This document shows positions 56,771 through 64,000 of a stretch of 64,000 nt of DNA, one piece after another. The first letter of the stretch is position 1; each line of letters opens with the position of its first letter. The stretch lies in sequence record NC_041869.1. One strand, 5' to 3'. The notes beneath the pieces are model-generated. The model did no database searches, had not been told where the DNA came from, and saw nothing but the letters and a program-made list of their open reading frames with translations. The DNA is from Escherichia phage APECc02. The position numbers and the translations under genes are program-made.

Positions 56771-57321
56771 TGGAAGCTTTCGAAAAAGTTTTTTCTGATC
56801 TTGAAACAACCATTGCTAAGCTCGTCAAGGTTGCCACAGGAAGAACTGTAGTTCTGGCAGAAAGCTTTACCATACCTAAGCCGGAAGGTGAGTTTGTACT
56901 TTTACAAACCTTGGCGATCAATCCAACCACTTGGGAAGATAATGAGTTTCAAGACGCGGAGGGTAATGCCTACGTCACCCACAGTTACACTGTTACTTAT
57001 CTGTTAACAGCTTATCGTGGCAGGGCATATGCTGCACTTAGCAGAGTATTGCAAGCAATAAACCTTCCGATGTTTTATGACAAGTATTTCCCTCTGGGAT
57101 CGTGCTTTGCCTACTCTAACAATTCAACAATCTCACCTCAAAGAGTGCCGTTGAATAAGCAGACGTATGAAAATAGAGCCACTGTGATGCTGACATTTAA
57201 CGTAAGGTTTGTTGAAACAGACATTGGGGCTTTTGAGGATCTTCAGGGAATTAAGGCTGAAATAACCACACACTTCCCTTCACCCAATTCTGGTAAAGCG
57301 GTTACAGACAGTGGTCAGTAA
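56770..57321 (+). CDS. hypothetical structural protein
   Basis: TGATG stop-start overlap with upstream gene. Confidence 0.5.
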   Translation: MEAFEKVFSDLETTIAKLVKVATGRTVVLAESFTIPKPEGEFVLLQTLAINPTTWEDNEFQDAEGNAYVTHSYTVTYLLTAYRGRAYAALSRVLQAINLPMFYDKYFPLGSCFAYSNNSTISPQRVPLNKQTYENRATVMLTFNVRFVETDIGAFEDLQGIKAEITTHFPSPNSGKAVTDSGQ

Positions 57322-57393
57322 TCGTTATAATTGTGTAGTGTAATGATTACACTGCGTGTTTGATATCCGTGCACAGATATTAAGAGGAAACAA

Positions 57394-58770
57394 ATGCCAT
57401 ATTTAGATAAAGTGGTAGATGTTACAGTTAACCTCGGAACCCAGCCTATTGACACTGTAGGTTTCGAAACTCCCCTGTTCATCGCTATCCACAACAACTT
57501 TACTGAGCGAGCTCGCGTATACGCTGAGCTGGATCAGATGGTGGAAGATGGTTTCGCACAAGGCTCTGCAGCGTATGAGTTTGCAGCAAAAGCTTTTGGT
57601 GGTGTATTCCCTCCACAATACGTTATGATCGGCAGACAGGCCAAAGAAAAGACCACTGTAGATTTTAAAGGTATTGCTGCCGCAGCTGATACCGATGTCG
57701 TAATGACTATTGCAAAAGGTAGCTACAATACTTCTTTGATAGTGCCTATCTCTGGTGGAACAGGTGCAACTCAGATTGCAGAGTCAATGAAGACTAAAAT
57801 TGAAGCAGATGATAGCTTGAACGATATCACTGTAGAGGCTGCTGAAGGTGTTCTCACCATCACGGGTGATTGTACTGTTGGTTATCATACTGGCAACTAT
57901 ACAATCAAAAATATCGCCAATGCTGAAAAACCTTCTACAGTAGTTGATAAGATCAATGCTGAGCGTGACAATTGGTACTTCCTGTGCCATGAAGACCACA
58001 CCGACATTGAAGCATGTGCTAAGTGGGCTCAGGCTAACTACAAGCTGCATGTCTACTCTACTGCAGAAGATGTGACTGGTAAAGATAATAACATCGCCAC
58101 CAAACTGATGGCTGCACAATATGACAGTGTTGGCATGTACGATCCTCGTGCTGATAAAGATTTTCCAGAGGGTGGTATCGTAGGCGCTATGGCATCCAAC
58201 GATCCGTCTTACGGTGACAGCTTGCACTTAAAACAGATGCCGGGTGTGATTGCACCATCTCTGACTTTAACTCAGCGTATGGCGATTTGGGAAAACCACG
58301 TTAACTTCTACAGGATGATTAACGGTGTCGGTGCTTTCTGGGAAGGCAAGTGTGCTTCAGGTCAGTATGCAGACGCTATTCGTTTTGCACACTGGATCAA
58401 GTTCAGATCTGAAGAATCCATGTTTGGGTACATGCATCGTCGCTCCAATATGGGTTTAAGCATGAAGATGTCTGATGATGATCTTCCGGTTATCAAGTCT
58501 GTCCTGATGAACAACCCAATCAACACTGGCATTAAGAATGGTGCGATCCTGACAGGTTTCGACGAAGACAATAATGTATTCTACGACCCGATCATCACAG
58601 TTCCTAAACGTGCAGAAATCCCAACCAATCAGTTGGCTGCTCGTGTTCTGGAAGGTGTGAAAGTAGAACTGGTGTATAACAACGCCCTGCACTTCGTTCG
58701 TATCCGGATCAATGTCCTTCTGGACAAAGTTGGTTCTAAATCCACCAATGCTGTTGCAATGACTGAATAA
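57394..58770 (+). CDS. tail sheath protein
   Basis: 458 aa directly upstream of 157-aa tube-sized gene, chaperone and tape measure. Confidence 0.55.
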   Translation: MPYLDKVVDVTVNLGTQPIDTVGFETPLFIAIHNNFTERARVYAELDQMVEDGFAQGSAAYEFAAKAFGGVFPPQYVMIGRQAKEKTTVDFKGIAAAADTDVVMTIAKGSYNTSLIVPISGGTGATQIAESMKTKIEADDSLNDITVEAAEGVLTITGDCTVGYHTGNYTIKNIANAEKPSTVVDKINAERDNWYFLCHEDHTDIEACAKWAQANYKLHVYSTAEDVTGKDNNIATKLMAAQYDSVGMYDPRADKDFPEGGIVGAMASNDPSYGDSLHLKQMPGVIAPSLTLTQRMAIWENHVNFYRMINGVGAFWEGKCASGQYADAIRFAHWIKFRSEESMFGYMHRRSNMGLSMKMSDDDLPVIKSVLMNNPINTGIKNGAILTGFDEDNNVFYDPIITVPKRAEIPTNQLAARVLEGVKVELVYNNALHFVRIRINVLLDKVGSKSTNAVAMTE

Positions 58771-58780
58771 GGAAGCCTAG

Positions 58781-59254
58781 ATGGAAACTCAAATTTTAAC
58801 TCCTTATGCGTATGACCCTAAAAAGGTCAAACTGTATCTGATGCAGCAGCGTGTCACTGGCTTCGCTGCTGACACCAAGATTGTTGTTTCAAGAAACGAA
58901 GACAACATTTACCCTCACGTCGGTGTGGATGGTGAAATGTCTGCGGCTCTGTCTCGTAACCAATCTGGTGTTATGACCGTGTCTTTGCAGAACACTTCTG
59001 TATGGAACGCTTACCTTTCTGACTGGCAGAAACAGGCATCGATTACTGGTCTGGTATTCTTCCCAGTTCTGCTGGAAGGTAGCCAGGGTCCTGGTATTTC
59101 CACAATTGGTTGGATCCAGAAACAGCCTGACCTGACTTACGGAACCGAAGTAGGTCAACTGGACTGGGATATCGGTATTCTGGATGCATGGCTCAACCGT
59201 GATAACATCACTGGTGCTCTTACTGGCCTCGCAGGTCTTGCAGGTATTATCTAA
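58781..59254 (+). CDS. tail tube protein
   Basis: 157 aa after sheath, followed by strong terminator. Confidence 0.55.
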   Translation: METQILTPYAYDPKKVKLYLMQQRVTGFAADTKIVVSRNEDNIYPHVGVDGEMSAALSRNQSGVMTVSLQNTSVWNAYLSDWQKQASITGLVFFPVLLEGSQGPGISTIGWIQKQPDLTYGTEVGQLDWDIGILDAWLNRDNITGALTGLAGLAGII

Positions 59255-59271
59255 GGGCACACTTTAGCATA

Positions 59272-59303
59272 AGCCTCACCTTCGGGTGGGGCTTTTTGCT
59301 TTT
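59272..59303 (+). terminator. rho-independent terminator (AGCCTCACC-TTCG-GGTGGGGCT + TTTTGCTTTT)
   Basis: GC stem, UUCG loop, T-run. Confidence 0.7.
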
Positions 59304-59344
59304 ATGGTTTTGACACACGTTCTTGAATTGCTTGGAAGGTTAAA

Positions 59345-59373
59345 TTGACAATGCACCATAATCATGGTAAAAT
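59345..59373 (+). promoter_or_regulatory. sigma70-type promoter (TTGACA-N17-TAAAAT, TGn-extended)
   Basis: consensus hexamers read directly. Confidence 0.6.
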
Positions 59374-59416
59374 ACACAAATATGGTGCACAACATGACTA
59401 ATAAGGATGCTATAAA

Positions 59417-59890
59417 ATGGCTATAAACTTTAGACCTACAACAGAGATTGATTTAGCAGGGCACAACTTTGTGATCACCCACTGGGGACCGATGAAAGCA
59501 ATGAAAAACATGCCTAAAATCGGTAAGATTGTGGCTGTCCCGCTAGGTGCTATCGGTGGATCTATTATCTCAGGCGGTCAGAACATGGCAGAGGTCCTTC
59601 CTACAGCTCTGGCTTACCTGTTCCAAGAACTTGATGATAACTCTATCGAAGAGTTATTTAAAATTTTGTTCGAAGATATTACCGTAGATGGTGTGGATAA
59701 GCTTAACCCGGATGTTGTGTTTGCAGGGCATCTGCTGGAGATGATTAAGCTGGCAGGTAAGGTTCTGGAGGTTAACTACGGCTGTTTTTTCACACAAGAC
59801 GGTTTAGGAAGCCTTCTGGAGATGTTACAGCAGATGGGTATGATTCAGCAGGTGAACAACCTGGATCAGACTCCGGAAGAGCAGGAATAA
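59417..59890 (+). CDS. tail assembly chaperone (G-like)
   Basis: 157 aa upstream of tape measure; contains slippery heptamer. Confidence 0.6.
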   Translation: MAINFRPTTEIDLAGHNFVITHWGPMKAMKNMPKIGKIVAVPLGAIGGSIISGGQNMAEVLPTALAYLFQELDDNSIEELFKILFEDITVDGVDKLNPDVVFAGHLLEMIKLAGKVLEVNYGCFFTQDGLGSLLEMLQQMGMIQQVNNLDQTPEEQE

Positions 59891-60150
59891 GCAAGGTTGT
59901 TGTGAGGGCCAGTGAGTGGGCAGCCAAGAACAGTTCACTCAACTGGTTCGACTTTCTTTGGTGTAGGGTGCTCAAGAATTTCAAAGGGGAAAATTTTGAA
60001 TCGCTAAATCTTGCAGATATGGCGTATTTCCTGAAGCTCTGTGAGTATCTTGATATCGAAGAATTCCTAGATACCGTCCAAAACAGGGAAATGGAGCGGG
60101 AGCAGAAGGCTGCCGCAGCTGCTGCGAAAGCTAAGCGCAGGAGAGGATAA
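59417..60150 (+). CDS. frameshift-extended tail assembly chaperone isoform (GT-like), about 243 aa
   Basis: joining zero frame to -1 frame at 59791. Confidence 0.5.
59785..59791 (+). other. programmed -1 ribosomal frameshift site T_TTT_TTC
   Basis: X_XXY_YYZ heptamer in zero frame; -1 frame open from 59776 to 60150. Confidence 0.55.
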
Positions 60151-60154
60151 TCTA

Positions 60155-60190
60155 AGGGCCGGATTCCTTTTCTGGGATCTGGCCCTTTTT
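60155..60190 (+). terminator. hairpin plus TTTTTATT
   Basis: GGGCCGGAT...ATCTGGCCC stem. Confidence 0.5.
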
Positions 60191-60204
60191 ATTATGAGGA
60201 AACC

Positions 60205-62541
60205 ATGGCTACAAACAAAATAGTTGCCACAACAGTCAACAAGATTGGCTTTGAGATAGAGAACTCCTCCTACAAAAAAGCTGTAGAGAAAATTCGCAGT
60301 ATTGGGAGGGAGTTCAGGAAACTGGGCGAGGATTTTAACTCAGCCAACCCCATGAGTAGATGGCAGGCGGTAGCTGTTAAAACCCAGCAGACAATGCAGC
60401 GGGTTGCCAGACAGCAATCTCAGGCAAATGCTAAACTGCACAGAGAGAGCGTAGCACAGGCCAAGAAAGAGGCTGCAGTAAGGGCTGCAATAGAACGTAG
60501 GGAGAATGCGAGACGTAAACAAGCTGTAGGTAATCTTACCGCTAAAAATCCAGAAATGGCTAGGATGCGTAAGTTCTACCAGCAGCAAGCTAAAGAGGCC
60601 AAAAAGGCTGCCAAATCTGCACCAGTGTCTTACGGTGGTTATAAGGCACCTAAGGCAAGAGTTTTGGCTAATGCCAAATCTTTCAAATATATCCCAGGTA
60701 ACCCTAATATGGGTGGTGTGGCTTCCGACCCTAACCTTGTGAAAGCTCAGACAGCCGCTATGAATCGTTATCATAGACAGCTAAGAAGAGACAGTAAAGC
60801 TGGTATGGATAATAGGCTTATGTCGGATCGTGAGGCAAGGAGAACCCACCTCTACAACTCCGCGATAAGACTTTCTGCCAAGTATGGGGCCGGATTCCGT
60901 GGAAGCTTGCCAGGATACTCAGAGTTAGAGTCCAGGTTTGCTCGCGGGGAGATGAAGAAGTCAACCTTTAACGCCCACCTGTCAGCGCTGCAGTCTGGGT
61001 TTAAAAGCGCCACCAGCCAAACGCTTACACTAGGCGATGCCATGAGAGACTTACGTAGATCTGTTATTAATGCAACAGCTGCGTATACAGCTTTTTCTGG
61101 ATTTGCTGCGGTTAACAGATCCGGTCACATGATGGAGGGGGCAAGTGCTGCTCTTACTGCTGTCACTGGAGATCCAAACAAAGCCAACAGTGAGGTTGCG
61201 TTTGTCCAGCAAGAGGCTATGCGTCTTGGTTTTGATCTCAAATCTGGTCTTCAAGGTTACGCCCAGATGTCGGTAAACGCCAAAAACCAGATGACAAATC
61301 AGGAAGTGCATGAGCTGTTTTCTGCATACTCCCAGTATGCTGCTGCTTATGGTGCCGATGAGGTAAAATACCAGCGCGGTATTATGGCTATCCAACAGAT
61401 GCTTGGCAAGGGACAAGTAATGTCCGAAGAACTGAAGCAACAACTTGCTGAAGCATTGCCTGGTGCATACGAACCTTTTATCAAGGCCACCAAAGAGGCT
61501 TTTGGTCTTTCTGAACTCTCCATGGATCAGTTCATGGACATGATGAAGAAAGGTGAGGTTAAAACAGCCAAGATCATGAAGTATGTGGCTAAGTACATGA
61601 ACGAGGCATCTGCAGCTGGTTATGAAAGAATGCAGAAGTCTAACGTGCTGGCAGAAAACAGACTGAAAACCTTCATCGAACTGACTCGTCAGAAACTGTT
61701 CACCCGTTGGTCTGACGAACTAACAGAGTTCTATTATACACTAATCCGCACTGGTGAGACTCTGCAATTTGTGTGGGATGCCTCTGGTGATTTTGTTAGC
61801 GGGTTTGTGAGAGGCCTTAACTGGGTAGTTGGTGAACTAAACAACACTATAGTCAAGATCCGCATGTTTTTCCTTGAATGGGGGATTAAATGGGGATTCA
61901 TAACAGCTAAGACGAAGGAATATTCTGAAGAGCTTCATGACACCTTTAGCTATGCTAAATGGGCAGGGTTTGCTGCTGCCATCATGCTGGTAGTCAACGC
62001 CCTAACAAAAGGTTTTGTCATGGCATCCATGCTTGTAAAAACCTTTAAATTCCTTAACTCTCTAAGGGGTGCAGCTGGAGCAGCGGGTGCCGCTACTACA
62101 GAAGGATCTGGTGGTGGAGCTCCGGCAGGAAAAGGTGGGGGTGGCCTCAAGACACCTGGTGGCAAAGTTGGTCTGCTCGGTAAGCTGGGCATTATCGGTA
62201 CAATACTAAGCGCCGGGGAATTATTTAATGACCGTTACAACCCACTAAGTGAAAGAAATCAGCAGCTAGATACTATCAGCGATATGATTCGCAAAGATAT
62301 CATATCGGGAGGTAACGGGTTTGTTAATCCTTTGGACACCTTACCTGGCGGGACTCTTCCGTTGCCGGGTGGCCCTGGTTTTGCTTCTCAATTAAGAACT
62401 ATGGAAATGCTACCTTTAGAGATCAGTGATGGGAAAATCACGATTTCAATAGATGAGGGTGAGTTTAACAAAATATTTGATGCAAAACTTGAGTGGGAGA
62501 ACAATAAAGATATCAACTTCATGTCTACCGACCTTTGGTAA
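60205..62541 (+). CDS. tail tape measure protein
   Basis: 778 aa, Ala/Gln-rich helical N-part, hydrophobic segments, Gly-rich tract. Confidence 0.7.
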   Translation: MATNKIVATTVNKIGFEIENSSYKKAVEKIRSIGREFRKLGEDFNSANPMSRWQAVAVKTQQTMQRVARQQSQANAKLHRESVAQAKKEAAVRAAIERRENARRKQAVGNLTAKNPEMARMRKFYQQQAKEAKKAAKSAPVSYGGYKAPKARVLANAKSFKYIPGNPNMGGVASDPNLVKAQTAAMNRYHRQLRRDSKAGMDNRLMSDREARRTHLYNSAIRLSAKYGAGFRGSLPGYSELESRFARGEMKKSTFNAHLSALQSGFKSATSQTLTLGDAMRDLRRSVINATAAYTAFSGFAAVNRSGHMMEGASAALTAVTGDPNKANSEVAFVQQEAMRLGFDLKSGLQGYAQMSVNAKNQMTNQEVHELFSAYSQYAAAYGADEVKYQRGIMAIQQMLGKGQVMSEELKQQLAEALPGAYEPFIKATKEAFGLSELSMDQFMDMMKKGEVKTAKIMKYVAKYMNEASAAGYERMQKSNVLAENRLKTFIELTRQKLFTRWSDELTEFYYTLIRTGETLQFVWDASGDFVSGFVRGLNWVVGELNNTIVKIRMFFLEWGIKWGFITAKTKEYSEELHDTFSYAKWAGFAAAIMLVVNALTKGFVMASMLVKTFKFLNSLRGAAGAAGAATTEGSGGGAPAGKGGGGLKTPGGKVGLLGKLGIIGTILSAGELFNDRYNPLSERNQQLDTISDMIRKDIISGGNGFVNPLDTLPGGTLPLPGGPGFASQLRTMEMLPLEISDGKITISIDEGEFNKIFDAKLEWENNKDINFMSTDLW

Positions 62542-62552
62542 TAAACTGTGCA

Positions 62553-62578
62553 AGGGGGCTCCGGCCCCCTTTATTTTA
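62553..62578 (+). terminator. hairpin GGGGGC-TCCG-GCCCCC plus TTTATTTT
   Basis: GC stem plus T-run after tape measure gene. Confidence 0.6.
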
Positions 62579-62584
62579 TCGGTG

Positions 62585-62613
62585 TTGTAAAAACGGCTAT
62601 TTTATGATACAAT
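62585..62613 (+). promoter_or_regulatory. sigma70-type promoter (TTGTAA-N17-TACAAT)
   Basis: hexamers read directly. Confidence 0.45.
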
Positions 62614-62646
62614 ATCTAGATGGTATCGGAGTGTCCTGGAGAGGTT

Positions 62647-63531
62647 ATGCCAAGCAATATAGTTGATGAAAAAGACCTGTACAAGCCTCAAGAGGTTAAA
62701 TCTCCAAAGGCTGAAAAGGCAGAGCAGCAAACTGAAAGCGATGTAAAGTACACTATGTTTGTCAGCGGTCTTAACTATGGCGGTCGCAATACGGGGATGA
62801 AGGGTAAAAACTTTACTAACGATCTTGCCATTATCTTCGATCAGGTTGAGAATTACTCTTTCAAACATTCTGTTGATAAGACTGGGTTTGCGGTGGAAGA
62901 TAAATCTACCCTGTCAGACCACGCCGTAATTAAAGATGGTGTATTTTCTTTTACTGGTAGGGTAAATACATCCCCACACATAATCTATGAGCAAAACTAC
63001 ATTGATAGGAATACTGACTCTAAAAACCCTGCAGCATCTATGCGACCAGGCGCTGCATTGGAGGCTTTGACTGAGATTATCAATAAGCGACAGTTGGTTT
63101 CTTTGGTTACCGAGGAGAGACTTCTTGAGAACTACATCATAACCAGTCTTTCTGCCAACAAGTCTGTTGGTGAAGGCGCTGCAATGGTGTTTGATGTAGA
63201 ACTTACAGAGTTCCGCACATTCTACTTGAATAAGGTTGTTAATGCAACTGTATACAGCAATCCTAAGAAAGTAGGCAAGACCCAACAAAAAGGCGCTGTC
63301 AACGACTGTAAGAATGGTAGTAACGTAGGTAACAAGAGGGACACAGGAGCATTCGCAGACACTGCATCCACAAACGCTGCAGAGGAGTGGCAGCCATACA
63401 AATCTATGATGTGGACAGATGAAAACGGTGTTACCCAATCGGCTGCGGATTGGTATTATCAGGAATATGGAAGACCTTCTACCATAGTCCCATCTGAGCA
63501 GGGAAACTACAACAAAGTTAACGGGAAATAA
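62647..63531 (+). CDS. tail protein downstream of tape measure
   Basis: start at MPSNIVDE with GGAGAGG RBS. Confidence 0.45.
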   Translation: MPSNIVDEKDLYKPQEVKSPKAEKAEQQTESDVKYTMFVSGLNYGGRNTGMKGKNFTNDLAIIFDQVENYSFKHSVDKTGFAVEDKSTLSDHAVIKDGVFSFTGRVNTSPHIIYEQNYIDRNTDSKNPAASMRPGAALEALTEIINKRQLVSLVTEERLLENYIITSLSANKSVGEGAAMVFDVELTEFRTFYLNKVVNATVYSNPKKVGKTQQKGAVNDCKNGSNVGNKRDTGAFADTASTNAAEEWQPYKSMMWTDENGVTQSAADWYYQEYGRPSTIVPSEQGNYNKVNGK

Positions 63532-63543
63532 GGGGAGCGTATA

Positions 63544-63924
63544 ATGGAGCTTAAAGATTGGTGCATAATCACCTTTGTGTGGGACATTGACGGCTTTCCT
63601 GACCAAACCATGCGTGTTGTTTTAGACAATGAAACGTATGAAATGCGTATGCAATGGAATGAGAGGGATGAGTCCTGGTGGTTATCTCTTGGTCCAGTAG
63701 GTGATAGCCCTTTAGTAACCAGAAAAGTAACAGCTTGTCAAGATATTTTAGACGGGCTGCATTACAGAGATGATTTACCGAAAGGAAGACTGATGGTGCT
63801 GTCGTTTAAAGACGATCAATATTGGGGTAGAGTTGGAAGATATAACCTTGGGGCGAGATCTGAGCTACAACTTGTATACGGCACCCCGGTTGATCTTTAC
63901 AAGGAACAGCAAGGGTTAGAATAA
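63544..63924 (+). CDS. hypothetical tail protein
   Basis: AAGGGGAG RBS. Confidence 0.45.
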   Translation: MELKDWCIITFVWDIDGFPDQTMRVVLDNETYEMRMQWNERDESWWLSLGPVGDSPLVTRKVTACQDILDGLHYRDDLPKGRLMVLSFKDDQYWGRVGRYNLGARSELQLVYGTPVDLYKEQQGLE

Positions 63925-64000
63925 TGGCAGAGTACAGACGTAGAACATGGCGATTATTGTTTGGTCGTCCTGTAGAACATGGCGGCAAATCAAAAACCAA
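63924..64000 (+). CDS. hypothetical protein, 5' fragment (runs off window)
   Basis: ATG overlapping upstream stop (TAATG). Confidence 0.35.
   Translation, partial: MAEYRRRTWRLLFGRPVEHGGKSKT

Overview
This 64-kb window reads as a segment of a virulent tailed dsDNA phage genome (AT-rich, myovirus-type tail module). All calls are from reading the sequence and the ORF track; no searches were run. Layout: (1) four small rightward ORFs at 0.1-1.4 kb; (2) a 2.6-kb ORF-poor, repeat-dense region at 1.4-4.0 kb; (3) a ~37-kb leftward-transcribed early/middle block (4.0-41.3 kb) carrying expanded families of small acidic proteins, a ribosome hibernation factor homolog, two amino-methyltransferases, a ClpP-like protease, PhoH, the NrdG/NrdD/glutaredoxin/NrdB/NrdA cluster, a ThyX-like protein, dNMP kinase, Endo VII, a RuvC-like resolvase, a 5'-3' exonuclease, a lambda R-like endolysin, ATP-dependent DNA ligase, a Sir2-like protein and RNA ligase 1; (4) a rightward block (41.3-64 kb) with polynucleotide kinase and phosphoesterase, a palindromic iteron array next to an AT-rich tract, two GC-rich ORF-free islands, a promoter-driven tRNA cluster, a spanin pair, a terminase large-subunit gene apparently split by a group I intron carrying an Endo VII-like HNH endonuclease, then portal, scaffold, major capsid, sheath, tube, a chaperone with a -1 frameshift site, and tape measure. 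Sigma70-consensus promoters (TTGACA-N17-TAnnnT) and hairpin terminators occur on both strands. The most promising undescribed candidates are the duplicated small-protein gene modules in the early block, the Sir2-like/RNA-repair island, and the iteron plus GC-rich island locus.
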